This document shows, one piece after another, positions 1 through 10,955 of a DNA stretch of 39,339 nt. This DNA is from Gammaproteobacteria bacterium (GTDB taxonomy: Bacteria; Pseudomonadota; Gammaproteobacteria; PS1; Pseudothioglobaceae), in contig JAQRMT010000001.1 of the NCBI GenBank assembly GCA_028599035.1, positions 1 to 39,339 on the forward strand. The letters are read 5' to 3'. A program made the position numbers and the translations under genes. Every line of letters starts with the position of its first letter. Within the stretch, counting starts at the first letter, position 1. A model generated the notes under the pieces. That model was given only the letters and a program-made list of their open reading frames with translations, had not been told where the DNA came from and searched no databases.

Positions 1-250
1 TATCAATATTATCGGTATAAATCTGCAACAATCTTTGATGTCTATTGGCAAACTGAGGATGGGATTCGTCACAATCAAAGCCCATAGCCACTAACGCCTT
101 GCCACCAAAGGCCACCAAGGGCTTGATTTTTTCATAGTCCTTTGTTGCGATGCCATTCTCTAATAGCAATAAATTCAGCGCATAAGCAAGATCGGGTGCA
201 GTATCAACTAGCGTGCCGTCTAAGTCAAAAAGAAAGGTGTTAACTGTCAT
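1..250 (-). CDS. gph: Phosphoglycolate phosphatase-like HAD hydrolase (5' part; runs off the window edge)
   Basis: Manual translation from ATG at 250 (alternative in-frame ATG at 259): MTVNTFLFDLDGTLVDTAPDLAYALN..., containing HAD motif I DxDGTLxD. Not in the ORF track because it is truncated. Confidence 0.75.
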   Translation of the reverse strand, partial: MTVNTFLFDLDGTLVDTAPDLAYALNLLLLENGIATKDYEKIKPLVAFGGKALVAMGFDCDESHPQFANRHQRLLQIYTDNID

Positions 251-278
251 AAAAATCATTAAAATTTCAAGTTTGTAA

Positions 279-286
279 ATTATAAC
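279..286. promoter_or_regulatory. Candidate overlapping bidirectional -10 elements for gph/plsC
   Basis: ATTATAAC reads TATAAT on the minus strand (279-284) and TATAAC on the plus strand (281-286), within a short divergent gap. Confidence 0.45.
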
Positions 287-295
287 GCCATACGA

Positions 296-997
296 ATGTT
301 ATTTTTAAGATCTCTGCTTTACTTTTTAGGCTCAACGCTAGTTTTATCCCTGCTAGTGATTATTACCTCGATACTTTTTTGGATTCCGCTTAAAGTGCGT
401 TATGCGATTCTTTCAAAGTGGGCAGTGTTTTGTATGTGGTGGTTACGCATTACGCTAAATATTAAGCTTAAAATTATCGGCAAAGAAAATGTCCCAACAA
501 CTCCTTGCACAATTATTGCCAACCATCAGTCCACTTGGGAGACGATGGGATTGCAAGTCATTTTCCCACATCAAACTTGGGTGGTTAAACAGGAGTTACT
601 ATGGATACCTATTTTTGGCTGGGGTTTGGCGATGCTAAAGCCAATTACCATTAATCGCGGTGAAAAACTAAATGCTTTAAAAAAAGTGATTAAGCAAGGG
701 GTTAATCGAATTAGTCAGGGTATTTTTGTGGTGATATTCCCCGAAGGTACGCGCCAGCCATACGGGCAACTTGGCGAATACCAAAAAGGAGGGGTTGCTA
801 TTGCTAAAAAAGCAAGTTGTGACATCTCTCCAGTGTATCACAATGCAGGTAAAGTATGGCCTAAAGGTAGCTTTATTAAGCAGGCAGGTACGATTACTGT
901 GGTTATTGGTAAACCCATTAGCGTTGCTGGAAAATCTGCAACAACGCTAATCAAAGAAGTCAAAGATTGGACTGAAAAACAAGCGCTTAATTACTAA
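296..997 (+). CDS. plsC: 1-acyl-sn-glycerol-3-phosphate acyltransferase
   Basis: NHQSTWE (NHxSxxD/E) and FPEGTR motifs; N-terminal hydrophobic helix. Confidence 0.9.
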   Translation: MLFLRSLLYFLGSTLVLSLLVIITSILFWIPLKVRYAILSKWAVFCMWWLRITLNIKLKIIGKENVPTTPCTIIANHQSTWETMGLQVIFPHQTWVVKQELLWIPIFGWGLAMLKPITINRGEKLNALKKVIKQGVNRISQGIFVVIFPEGTRQPYGQLGEYQKGGVAIAKKASCDISPVYHNAGKVWPKGSFIKQAGTITVVIGKPISVAGKSATTLIKEVKDWTEKQALNY

Positions 998-1020
998 CAA
1001 GCAAGACTTGTCTAGGATTA

Positions 1021-1611
1021 TCAACTATATTGCTGGGCGTTGAAAATTTGACAGAAAAGTTCAGCGGTTTTTTGCGTATCGTAGAGCGCAGAATGTGCGC
1101 TGGCATCGCTCCACTCAATATTAGCCACACGCATAGCTTTGGCTAGCACTGTTTCTCCATAATAAAGTGCTGAAAGGCTGACGGTATCAATGGTTGAGAA
1201 TTGATGAAAAGGGCTTTTTAGTTTGCTCCTCTCAGTTGCAGCGCGCAAAAAACCCAAGTCAAAAAAAGCATTATGCCCCACCAAAATAGCACGGGTACAT
1301 TCTTCAGTTTTTATCTCAGTATGAACGGCTTGGAAAATCTCACTAAGTGCAGATTTTTCAGTTATTGCCATACGCAATGGATTATAGACATCAATGCCGT
1401 TAAATTTAAGTGCCGATGACTCTAAATTAGCCCCCTTAAAAGGCTCTATATGAAAATGCTGCGGGTCTTTTGGGTAAAATATACCTTTGTCGTCAATGCT
1501 AATTATGATCGCACAAATCTCAAGCATGGCATCAGTTTTCTCATTAAAACCACCTGTTTCAATATCGATTACCACGGGTAAATAGCCCCGAATTCTGTCT
1601 TTAATTAACAT
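1021..1611 (-). CDS. rnt: Ribonuclease T
   Basis: RGYLPVVIDIETGG, LVGHNAFFD, PFHQFSTIDT and AHSALYDT DEDDh exonuclease motifs. Confidence 0.93.
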   Translation of the reverse strand: MLIKDRIRGYLPVVIDIETGGFNEKTDAMLEICAIIISIDDKGIFYPKDPQHFHIEPFKGANLESSALKFNGIDVYNPLRMAITEKSALSEIFQAVHTEIKTEECTRAILVGHNAFFDLGFLRAATERSKLKSPFHQFSTIDTVSLSALYYGETVLAKAMRVANIEWSDASAHSALYDTQKTAELFCQIFNAQQYS

Positions 1612-2026
1612 TTTTGAAGAAAATTAATGAGTTGCGATTGTGGTTAAATAAAGCTTGGCGTTTTTTGGGTAAATCAGCGATACTCATTTGGGTAAAACCG
1701 TGCTTAATAAACCAATCTGTACCGTGCTTGGTTAAGGCAAAAATCTTAGAAAAATTTTCAGCCTTTGCTTTGAGTGTAATCTTGTCAAGCAGCTTTAATG
1801 ACAATCCTTTTTTTTGTGCTTTTTTAGAGACTGTCAACGCATAAATTTCCCCTACTCCGCCCTCTTGACAATTTTTTAAGCCTGCACAGGCAACCAACAC
1901 GCCGTCTTGTTCTAACAAGACAAAATCCGCAAGATTGTTGTTGATTTGTGCATAAGTGCGTGGCAAAACCTTGCCTGCCTTAACAAAAGGTGCAATCAAA
2001 TCTAGGATTTTTTGTGCGTTATCCAA
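1601..2026 (-). CDS. GNAT acetyltransferase resembling the C-terminal domain of ArgA (N-acetylglutamate synthase)
   Basis: LPRT...ACAGL...GEIYAL...FALT..GTDWF..HGF...[15 protein letters not shown]; TTG start; no amino-acid-kinase domain. Confidence 0.7.
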   Translation of the reverse strand: MDNAQKILDLIAPFVKAGKVLPRTYAQINNNLADFVLLEQDGVLVACAGLKNCQEGGVGEIYALTVSKKAQKKGLSLKLLDKITLKAKAENFSKIFALTKHGTDWFIKHGFTQMSIADLPKKRQALFNHNRNSLIFFKNVN

Positions 2027-2096
2027 TTTGGATTCGGGTAGAAAAAAACCTTATTTTAGTCTAAAATTTAGTGTTTTTAGTAAACGAAATACTTTT

Positions 2097-3761
2097 ATGT
2101 CTAATAAACGCAAATATTCCTCTCAAGTTGTTGATGGTTACGAGCGTGCACCGAGTCGTGCGATGCTTTATCCAGTTGGTTTTAAAAAAGAAGATTTTAA
2201 TAAACCACAAGTCGGCATCGCCTCAACCTGGTCGATGGTAACACCGTGCAATATGCATATTAACAAACTGGCTGATGAAGCTGAAAAAGGCGTTAATGCT
2301 GCGGGTGGTAAAGGCGTTATTTTTAATACTATCACTATTTCAGATGGTATTTCTATGGGATCTGAAGGAATGAAATACTCTTTGGTTTCTCGTGAGGTGA
2401 TTGCAGATTCAATCGAAACCGTTGTCGGCTGCCAAGGTTTTGATGGTGTAGTGGCAATTGGCGGTTGTGATAAAAATATGCCGGGCTGTGTTATTGGTTT
2501 GGCTCGTCTTAATCGCCCCGGTATTTTTGTTTATGGCGGCACGATTCAGCCGGGTGAAAACCACACCGATGTGGTTAGCGTATTTGAGGCGGTTGGACAA
2601 TTTGCCAACGACAGCATCAGCGCTATTGAATTAGAAAATATTGAAAAAACTGCCATCCCTGGTGCAGGCTCTTGTGGCGGTATGTATACCGCTAACACAA
2701 TGGCAAGTGCGATTGAGGCGTTGGGCATGAGTTTGCCAAACTCCTCTGCTCAAGATGCGATTTCAGCGGATAAAAACAACGATTGCGTGCGTGCAGGCGA
2801 GGCGGTGCTTAATCTATTAGAAAAAGATATTAAGCCCAATGATATTATGACCATGAAAGCTTTCGAGAATGCCATTACCGTGATTATTACCCTAGGTGGC
2901 TCTACTAATGCGGTTTTACACCTAATTGCCATGGCAAACGCTGCTGGCGTTGATTTGACTATTGACGACTTTACTCGTGTTGGTGCTAATGTGCCCGTGA
3001 TTGCCGACCTTAAACCCTCAGGTAAATATATGATGAGTGAATTGGTTGAAATTGGTGGCACCCTGCCCTTGATGAAGATGTTACTGGATGCAGGGCTACT
3101 ACACGGCGACTGCATGACGGTAACAGGTCAGACCATGGCGCAAAACCTAAAAGATGTTGCGCCCTACGCTGATTCTCAAGAAATCATCAGAACCTTAGAC
3201 AATCCAATTAAAAAAGACTCGCACCTGAGAATTTTGCGTGGCAACCTTGCCATCGATGGTGCGGTAGCAAAAATCACTGGAAAAGAAGGTTTAAGCTTTA
3301 AGGGCACTGCTAAATGCTTTGGTCGGGAAGAAGAGGCGCTAAAAGCTGTTTTAAATGACAAAATCCAAGCTGGAGATGTTATTGTTATTCGCTACGAAGG
3401 CCCCGCTGGTGGCCCTGGTATGCGTGAAATGCTCGCCCCCACTTCTGCCGTTATGGGCAAAGGCTTAGGTGGTCAAGTCGCCCTCATTACCGACGGTCGT
3501 TTTTCAGGTGGCACTCACGGCTTCGTAGTCGGTCATATCACTCCAGAAGCTTTTAAAGGCGGGGTATTGGCTGTGGTTGAAGATGGCGATGAAATCTTAA
3601 TTGACGCTGAAAATAATGTCTTGGAGCTTTTGGTTGAGCAATCTATTATTGATGAGCGCCTATCTAACTGGACACAACCAAAACCCAACTACACCAAAGG
3701 TGTATTGGCCAAGTTTGCAAAACTGGCTAAATCTGCTTCTGAAGGCGCAGTTACTGATTAA
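2097..3761 (+). CDS. ilvD: Dihydroxy-acid dehydratase
   Basis: [36 protein letters not shown] and TDGRFSGG motifs. Start moved to ATG 2097 (MSNKRKYS) because the ORF-track extension overlaps the GNAT gene. Confidence 0.96.
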   Translation: MSNKRKYSSQVVDGYERAPSRAMLYPVGFKKEDFNKPQVGIASTWSMVTPCNMHINKLADEAEKGVNAAGGKGVIFNTITISDGISMGSEGMKYSLVSREVIADSIETVVGCQGFDGVVAIGGCDKNMPGCVIGLARLNRPGIFVYGGTIQPGENHTDVVSVFEAVGQFANDSISAIELENIEKTAIPGAGSCGGMYTANTMASAIEALGMSLPNSSAQDAISADKNNDCVRAGEAVLNLLEKDIKPNDIMTMKAFENAITVIITLGGSTNAVLHLIAMANAAGVDLTIDDFTRVGANVPVIADLKPSGKYMMSELVEIGGTLPLMKMLLDAGLLHGDCMTVTGQTMAQNLKDVAPYADSQEIIRTLDNPIKKDSHLRILRGNLAIDGAVAKITGKEGLSFKGTAKCFGREEEALKAVLNDKIQAGDVIVIRYEGPAGGPGMREMLAPTSAVMGKGLGGQVALITDGRFSGGTHGFVVGHITPEAFKGGVLAVVEDGDEILIDAENNVLELLVEQSIIDERLSNWTQPKPNYTKGVLAKFAKLAKSASEGAVTD

Positions 3762-3783
3762 TACCCGAATCCAATTGAATTTA

Positions 3784-4173
3784 TTACTTAACTATATTAA
3801 ATATTAAATAGGTACAGCTAAATATTATCGCTATAGAAAAAGTTATGTATGAGACATTCATTAGTCTAAGTCGTCGTTTTTTCAATTTTTCGTTAGTTTC
3901 CCACTGCTGCTGCTTTTCTTCTTTTTCTAATTCTCGTGCTAGTAAGAAAAAACGCTGTGCATCTACTCTAAGTTCATATAAGCAAAGAGCAATAGTAAAA
4001 ACAAAGAACAATAAAGCTATTGATAGTATAGATTTAAAATTGCCCTCGTTTTTTATCAATAAAAAGAAAAATACTCCTGTAGCACCAGATGATAATGAAA
4101 AAATATACGACTTAAGTTTGTTGCCAGCATCTTTTGCAAGTTGATGATATTGAGTTATTTCTTTTTCGCACAT
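3784..4173 (-). CDS. Hypothetical 3-TM membrane protein (low GC)
   Basis: 129-aa ORF filling the ilvD-rnr gap; three hydrophobic segments; about 29% GC by hand count over 3781-4140. Confidence 0.7.
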   Translation of the reverse strand: MCEKEITQYHQLAKDAGNKLKSYIFSLSSGATGVFFFLLIKNEGNFKSILSIALLFFVFTIALCLYELRVDAQRFFLLARELEKEEKQQQWETNEKLKKRRLRLMNVSYITFSIAIIFSCTYLIFNIVK

Positions 4174-4223
4174 AAATTACAGAATTATAAATGATAAGTC
4201 AGCCAATTGACTAAATAGTTATT

Positions 4224-4369
4224 TTAGAATGTGTTCACAAAGGTAATTGCAAGTATTTTTTCTGTTTACAAGGCAAATTTTGAAAAATATAAAGGAACAT
4301 AGATAACACTATGTGACTGAATATTTTTTGAAATTTAACATCGTAAAAAAGGAAAAAGACGAAGTAATT
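4224..4369. repeat. Long imperfect palindrome, MITE-like (apparently truncated on the right)
   Basis: Nested arms: AATTGC(4245-50)/GTAATT(4364-69); GTATTTTTTCTGTTTAC(4253-69)/GTAAAAAAGGAAAAAGAC(4343-60); AAATTTTGAAAAATAT(4275-90)/ATATTTTTTGAAATTT(4321-36); ACATAG(4297-4302)/CTATGT(4309-14). Confidence 0.6.
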
Positions 4370-6483
4370 TAAGCAGGAACAAATACCATTTGTCTATCAT
4401 CTAGATTAACCGAGGCAATTTGGATTTTAATAGTATCGCCGAGTTGGAAAGTTTTACCAGTGCGAGATCCTGTGAGTTTGTGGTGAATGTCATCAAAGTT
4501 GTAGTAGTCGTCTTTCATATCACGAATGGAAATCATACCTTCAACATAAATATCAGTCAGTTCAATAAAGATACCAAAAGCAGCAATGCCAGAGATAACG
4601 CCATTAAAGGTTTCTCCGACTTTATCACGCATGTATTCACATTTAAGCCATTTTTCTACATCACGGGTGGCTTCATCTGCTCGACGCTCGGTAACGGATA
4701 ATTCAGCGCCTAATTCCACCATTCTCTTGCTTGGTTTTCTGGTGTTTTTATTGATGACACGATTAATCGCACGGTGTACCAGTAAATCAGGATAACGCCT
4801 AATTGGCGAAGTGAAGTGGGTATAGTCGTCAAAGGCTAGGCCAAAATGACCTTCATTAGCAGGTGTGTAAATAGCTTGTTTCATGGTGCGGAGCACGACA
4901 GTTTTGATGATATTTTCATCATCACGACCTTTAGCGTCTTCTAATACTTTGGCAAAGTGTTTGGATTCTGGTTGTGCGCCACCCTCTAAGGTTAAGCCAA
5001 CTGCGGTTAAGAATTGGCGGGTCACTTCAACTTTTTCTGCAGTAGGTTTGGGGTGAATACGGTATAAGAAATCCTCGTCATTTTCTGCTAAAAACTTCGC
5101 TGTGGCTTGGTTTGCCATTAGCATGCATTCCTCAATCAGTTTGTGAGCATCGTTACGAGAAGTGGCAACAATGTTGTCAATTTTACCTTCGTCATTAAAT
5201 AGAATTTGCGTTTCAATACGGTCAAAGTCCATCACCCCGCGTTTGGTTCTGGCATTTTTTAAGGTTTTGTATAAATCATACAAAGTATTTAAATTGTCCA
5301 TTACGCTTGCATATTGCTGGGTTAATTCGTTGTCATGGTGTTCTAAAATTTGGCTAACTTTGGTGTAAGTTAGACGAGCGTGCGAGAACATCACTGCTGG
5401 GTAAAATTTATAATCCAATAAATTACCCTCTGCATCAATATTCATCTCACAAGTCATACACAGCCGCTCTACATCAGGATTAATAGAGCACAAACCATTC
5501 GACAATGCCTCAGGTAACATTGGCACTACACGGCGTGGGAAATAAACTGAATTGCCTCGCTCAATTGCATCAATATCGAGGTCTGAGCCTTCTGCCACAT
5601 AGTGAGAAACATCGGCAATAGCAACCACTAACTTCCAGCCATTATTAGTAGGCTCGGCAAACACGGCATCATCAAAATCACGAGAATCTTCGCCATCAAT
5701 CGTGACTAGCTTCATATCGGTAATATCAACTCGCCCTACTTTGTCTTCGGCAGTAACTTGCGTTGGTAATTGCTCGGTTTGTGCCAAGGCTTCTGCTGAG
5801 AAATCTACTGGAATGCCGTTACGATACAACGCCGCTTCGGTCTCAACCCCTTCATCCATATAGTCGCCTAAAATTTGAATAATTCTACCTTCGGCAAGGG
5901 TCTTGAAAGTTGGTGCTTGAATAATCTCAACAATCACAATTTGTTTATCGGTATTGGCTGCACTGATGTCAGGAATGTTAATATTATTACGAATGCGTCT
6001 GTCGTCTACTACAATGTAAGCACTCTCATCATTTAGGTGTAAGCGTCCTACCACGGTTTTAACACTTTCAATCACTTCGATAATTTCAGAATCGCCTCGT
6101 TGATCCAGCATTCTCGCCTTAACTCTGTCGCCGTGGAAAACCAATTTCATTTGATAAGCAGAAAGGCGCAAATCTTTACCACCTTCATCTAAAGCAATAA
6201 AGCCAAAGCCCTTTGGATTGGCGCTAACTGTGCCAATCACCACATCTCTTTCACTGTTAAAAACATCATACATGCCATCACGATTCATGCTTAGTTGCTG
6301 GTCACGAACCATGGCTTTAAGGCGATGTGTTAAGGGTTTTTTTTGTTTGCCGCCAACCTTAAGAACATCAACCAAATCATAGAATGATTGCGGTTGTTTG
6401 GCTACAAATTCAAGAATATATTCTCTTGAAGGAATGGGGTTATCGTATTTGTCTGATTCTCTTTGTTGATGCGGGTCGCTCAT
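4369..6483 (-). CDS. rnr: Ribonuclease R
   Basis: NPIPSREYIL N-terminus, TIDGEDSRDFDDAV catalytic motif, YTHFTSPIRRYPDL and a C-terminal S1 domain; follows purA. Confidence 0.95.
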   Translation of the reverse strand: MSDPHQQRESDKYDNPIPSREYILEFVAKQPQSFYDLVDVLKVGGKQKKPLTHRLKAMVRDQQLSMNRDGMYDVFNSERDVVIGTVSANPKGFGFIALDEGGKDLRLSAYQMKLVFHGDRVKARMLDQRGDSEIIEVIESVKTVVGRLHLNDESAYIVVDDRRIRNNINIPDISAANTDKQIVIVEIIQAPTFKTLAEGRIIQILGDYMDEGVETEAALYRNGIPVDFSAEALAQTEQLPTQVTAEDKVGRVDITDMKLVTIDGEDSRDFDDAVFAEPTNNGWKLVVAIADVSHYVAEGSDLDIDAIERGNSVYFPRRVVPMLPEALSNGLCSINPDVERLCMTCEMNIDAEGNLLDYKFYPAVMFSHARLTYTKVSQILEHHDNELTQQYASVMDNLNTLYDLYKTLKNARTKRGVMDFDRIETQILFNDEGKIDNIVATSRNDAHKLIEECMLMANQATAKFLAENDEDFLYRIHPKPTAEKVEVTRQFLTAVGLTLEGGAQPESKHFAKVLEDAKGRDDENIIKTVVLRTMKQAIYTPANEGHFGLAFDDYTHFTSPIRRYPDLLVHRAINRVINKNTRKPSKRMVELGAELSVTERRADEATRDVEKWLKCEYMRDKVGETFNGVISGIAAFGIFIELTDIYVEGMISIRDMKDDYYNFDDIHHKLTGSRTGKTFQLGDTIKIQIASVNLDDRQMVFVPA

Positions 6484-6490
6484 AGTTTGT

Positions 6491-7813
<1,323 letters not shown>

Positions 7814-8767
7814 TTACTTCCTTTGAGACAAAAATTTTAAATCAAATGAGAAGCCTGTTGCCGCTCTTGAACATCCAAATGATGCACTAAGTCCGTTATA
7901 ACGACCACCTTGTGCGAGTGCTTTGGCATAATTTTCATTGTAAGCTGAGAACACAACACCTGTATGATATTCATACGCCTTGAGTTCAGCAAGATCAAGC
8001 ACCACTTCAACATCTGTAGCACTAAGTTTGTCGTTAATTTTAATCAAATCTTGAATGGCTATTTTTGCCTTAGGAATGTCTTTAAATATAGTTAGCGCCT
8101 CGTTCAACACGCCAGCGTCGCCTTCCAGTCTCATTAATGCACTGAACTTATCGGCATGACTTAATGTATTATTTTGTAAAAATACTGTTAAATCTGGCAC
8201 AGAGTGTTTAACAAAAATTTGCCTAAGTTTTGACAGTTGCTCGTCATTGAGCGCCTCTCGTTCAATTAGCGCATCAAACACAGCAACATTACCCAAACTC
8301 AAGACAATAGGCTTAATTGACAGCATTTTTAAACTCTCAAGCATTAACTCAATGACCTCAATATCGGCAGTAACATTGTCCGAACCATATAATTCTGCAC
8401 CCGCCTGAATTGGCGACCTAGAGGTATAAAAATCATCTGCCCTAGTCTGTAAAATCGCATTAACATAGCAATACTTTGCCACTTTATCATCACCCTGTTT
8501 GGCATCAATTCGTGCAATTTGCGGAGTAATATCAGCGTGCACACCTAACATCTTGCCACTGACAGGGTCTAAGAATTTAAACGTTTTTTCATTGACTGAA
8601 TCACTGGTAAGCAACAAGGATTCAATGTTTTCCACCATCGGCGGAATCACTAAAGCAAAGCCTTTTTGGGCGTATAAGTCAATCAATTTGCGACGCACAG
8701 ACTCAAACGCCAGCGCCCTGTCGCCAGTCAACTCATCGATGCCCTCGGGTAATTGCCAAGTATTCAT
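7814..8767 (-). CDS. hisZ: ATP phosphoribosyltransferase regulatory subunit
   Basis: WQLPEGIDE, ADITPQIARIDA, GGRYNG and ATGFSFDL motifs; canonical hflC-hisZ-purA position. ATG at 8767 preferred over TTG at 8773. Confidence 0.92.
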   Translation of the reverse strand: MNTWQLPEGIDELTGDRALAFESVRRKLIDLYAQKGFALVIPPMVENIESLLLTSDSVNEKTFKFLDPVSGKMLGVHADITPQIARIDAKQGDDKVAKYCYVNAILQTRADDFYTSRSPIQAGAELYGSDNVTADIEVIELMLESLKMLSIKPIVLSLGNVAVFDALIEREALNDEQLSKLRQIFVKHSVPDLTVFLQNNTLSHADKFSALMRLEGDAGVLNEALTIFKDIPKAKIAIQDLIKINDKLSATDVEVVLDLAELKAYEYHTGVVFSAYNENYAKALAQGGRYNGLSASFGCSRAATGFSFDLKFLSQRK

Positions 8768-8778
8768 GCGCAATTGTT

Positions 8779-9636
8779 CTATTTAATCACTGGGTTAAAA
8801 TGACGGAAAAACTCGGTGTTTGGGTTTAGCACCATGATATCACTTTGGCTTGAAAATGACTTGTTATAAGACTCTAACGAGCGATAGAATGAATAAAAAT
8901 CTGCATTCTTGTTATAAGCTTGTGCATAGTTATTTGCTGAAACCGCATCGCCCTCACCTCGAATTTTTTCGCTATCACGATAAGCATTAGCTAAGATAAT
9001 GGTGCGTTGCTTGTCTGCTGCAGCACGGATAATCTCCGCCTCCTCCGCACCTTTTGATCGGAATTCCTTAGCAACTCGCTGACGCTCTGCCTGCATACGA
9101 CGATAAACAGAATTTGACACCTCTTGAGACAAGTCAATGCGTTTAATGCGCACATCGATAATTTCAATACCGAACTCACTAATGTCTTTTTTTGCCAACT
9201 GTACAATATTTTGCATAATCTCACTACGCTCACCAGAAACCACATCGGCAATAGTGCGCTTAGAAAATTCACTTTTCAATCCAGTTTTAATGATTTGCGC
9301 TAAACGATTACTGGTTCTCTCCATATTGCCGCCCGTTGATTTGTAAAACTGCTCAGCGTCAGTAATATGCCATTTAACATAAGAATCAACAATCACATTT
9401 TTCTTCTCACCAGTTAAAAATCGCTCTGCTGGTGTGTCTAGTGTTTGGATACGATTGTCAAATTTCACCACATTATTCACAAATGGCATTTTGAATTTAA
9501 GCCCTGGATCGCGTTCAACAGAGACGACTTCACCCAAACGAAGTTTAATGGCACTTTGCGTCTCATTAACTGTGTATAAAGCGGAACCACCAACAAAAAA
9601 CAACAATGCAACAATAATCAATACTAATTTTTTCAT
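8779..9636 (-). CDS. hflC: FtsH protease modulator HflC
   Basis: SPFH domain; PGLKFKMPFV, DVRIKRIDL, RMQAER, FYSFYRSLESY. Confidence 0.95.
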   Translation of the reverse strand: MKKLVLIIVALLFFVGGSALYTVNETQSAIKLRLGEVVSVERDPGLKFKMPFVNNVVKFDNRIQTLDTPAERFLTGEKKNVIVDSYVKWHITDAEQFYKSTGGNMERTSNRLAQIIKTGLKSEFSKRTIADVVSGERSEIMQNIVQLAKKDISEFGIEIIDVRIKRIDLSQEVSNSVYRRMQAERQRVAKEFRSKGAEEAEIIRAAADKQRTIILANAYRDSEKIRGEGDAVSANNYAQAYNKNADFYSFYRSLESYNKSFSSQSDIMVLNPNTEFFRHFNPVIK

Positions 9637-10799
9637 TATCTAACCTCTCTATTACGGAAAACATCTCTAAGCCCACCTCTTTGCCCAGACTGTTGTCCTG
9701 GTTGTGCTTCTTGAATAACAACCTCAGTGCGTGATGTATTATTAATCAACTTATCAATTGGCAAATACATCATGCTGTTGGCTTTTGAATCCACCACCAC
9801 TTTACTGGTATTGGACAGCACATTTTCCATCGTTTCACGATATAAGCGCTCCTTAGTTACAACAGGTGCTTTTTCATATTCCGTTAAAATCTGCCTAAAA
9901 CGAAACGCCTCACCTTCTGATTTAGATACCACCTCTGATTTGTACGCCTTCGCCTCTTCCAGCATTCGTGCGGCCTTACCACGGGATTTTGGCAAAATAT
10001 CATTGGCATAAGTTTGCGCCTCATTAATCAAGCGTTGCTTGTCCTCACGCGCTTTCACTGCGTCAGAAAATGCTGCTTGTACCGGCTCTGGTGGTTGTGC
10101 ATCTTGCATATTTACAGTAGTAATAATTAAACCTGCTTGATAAGTGCTAAGCAATTCTTGAGATTTGTCTTTAATATCGTCGGCAATTGCCACACGACCT
10201 TCGGTTAGTACATAGTCCATAGTGTTCTGACCTACCACTTGACGAATAGCGCTTTCAACCACATGACGCAAAGTCAAATCAGGGCTGGCAACATTAAACA
10301 AATAAGCTTGAACATCGTTAATTTTATATTGCACCGCAAACTTGGCGTCAATCATATTTTCATCTTTAGTTAGCATCAACGACTCAGAGGATACATTGCC
10401 ACCACGACGGTTGCTAATTGCATCTCGGTAGCCAATTTGTGCGGTTCTAATTTGTTCAACATTAATTCGATTTAGACTCTCAATCGGATATGGCAAGTGC
10501 CAGTGCGGACCTTGAGAAGTCTCCTCTTGAAAAGCACCAAAACGCAATACCACCCCTTTTTCGGCAGGATCGATAATATAAATACCCGACAAAGCCCAGA
10601 CCAATAAAGCCAGAATAAATATATACTTAAAACCACCTTTTTTAGGTGCACTGGGTGTATTGGTACTTGATGAGGGCTGATTACCGCCAAAAATATTACC
10701 AAATTTATTCTTAAAATCCTTAATCACCTCGTCTAACTCTGGCGGCGTTTGACCGTTGGCGCTCCAAGGGTTTTGATTGTTGTTGTCATTCCAAGCCAT
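9636..10799 (-). CDS. hflK: FtsH protease modulator HflK
   Basis: MAWN...PPELDE N-terminus, MLTKDEN, QPPEPVQAAF, AREDKQR, ERLYRETME. Confidence 0.95.
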   Translation of the reverse strand: MAWNDNNNQNPWSANGQTPPELDEVIKDFKNKFGNIFGGNQPSSSTNTPSAPKKGGFKYIFILALLVWALSGIYIIDPAEKGVVLRFGAFQEETSQGPHWHLPYPIESLNRINVEQIRTAQIGYRDAISNRRGGNVSSESLMLTKDENMIDAKFAVQYKINDVQAYLFNVASPDLTLRHVVESAIRQVVGQNTMDYVLTEGRVAIADDIKDKSQELLSTYQAGLIITTVNMQDAQPPEPVQAAFSDAVKAREDKQRLINEAQTYANDILPKSRGKAARMLEEAKAYKSEVVSKSEGEAFRFRQILTEYEKAPVVTKERLYRETMENVLSNTSKVVVDSKANSMMYLPIDKLINNTSRTEVVIQEAQPGQQSGQRGGLRDVFRNREVR

Positions 10800-10955
10800 T
10801 AAAATATTCCATATTAAATTACAAATCCGAAACTATTTTACCCAAACTATTGCCTGTCAAAGCATTCTATTAGTAATAAAAAACATAGCTATTATATGAA
10901 TGTCAATAATGTTAAAATCTTGCATTAAAAAATTAGATTAACTACGGGATTAACC

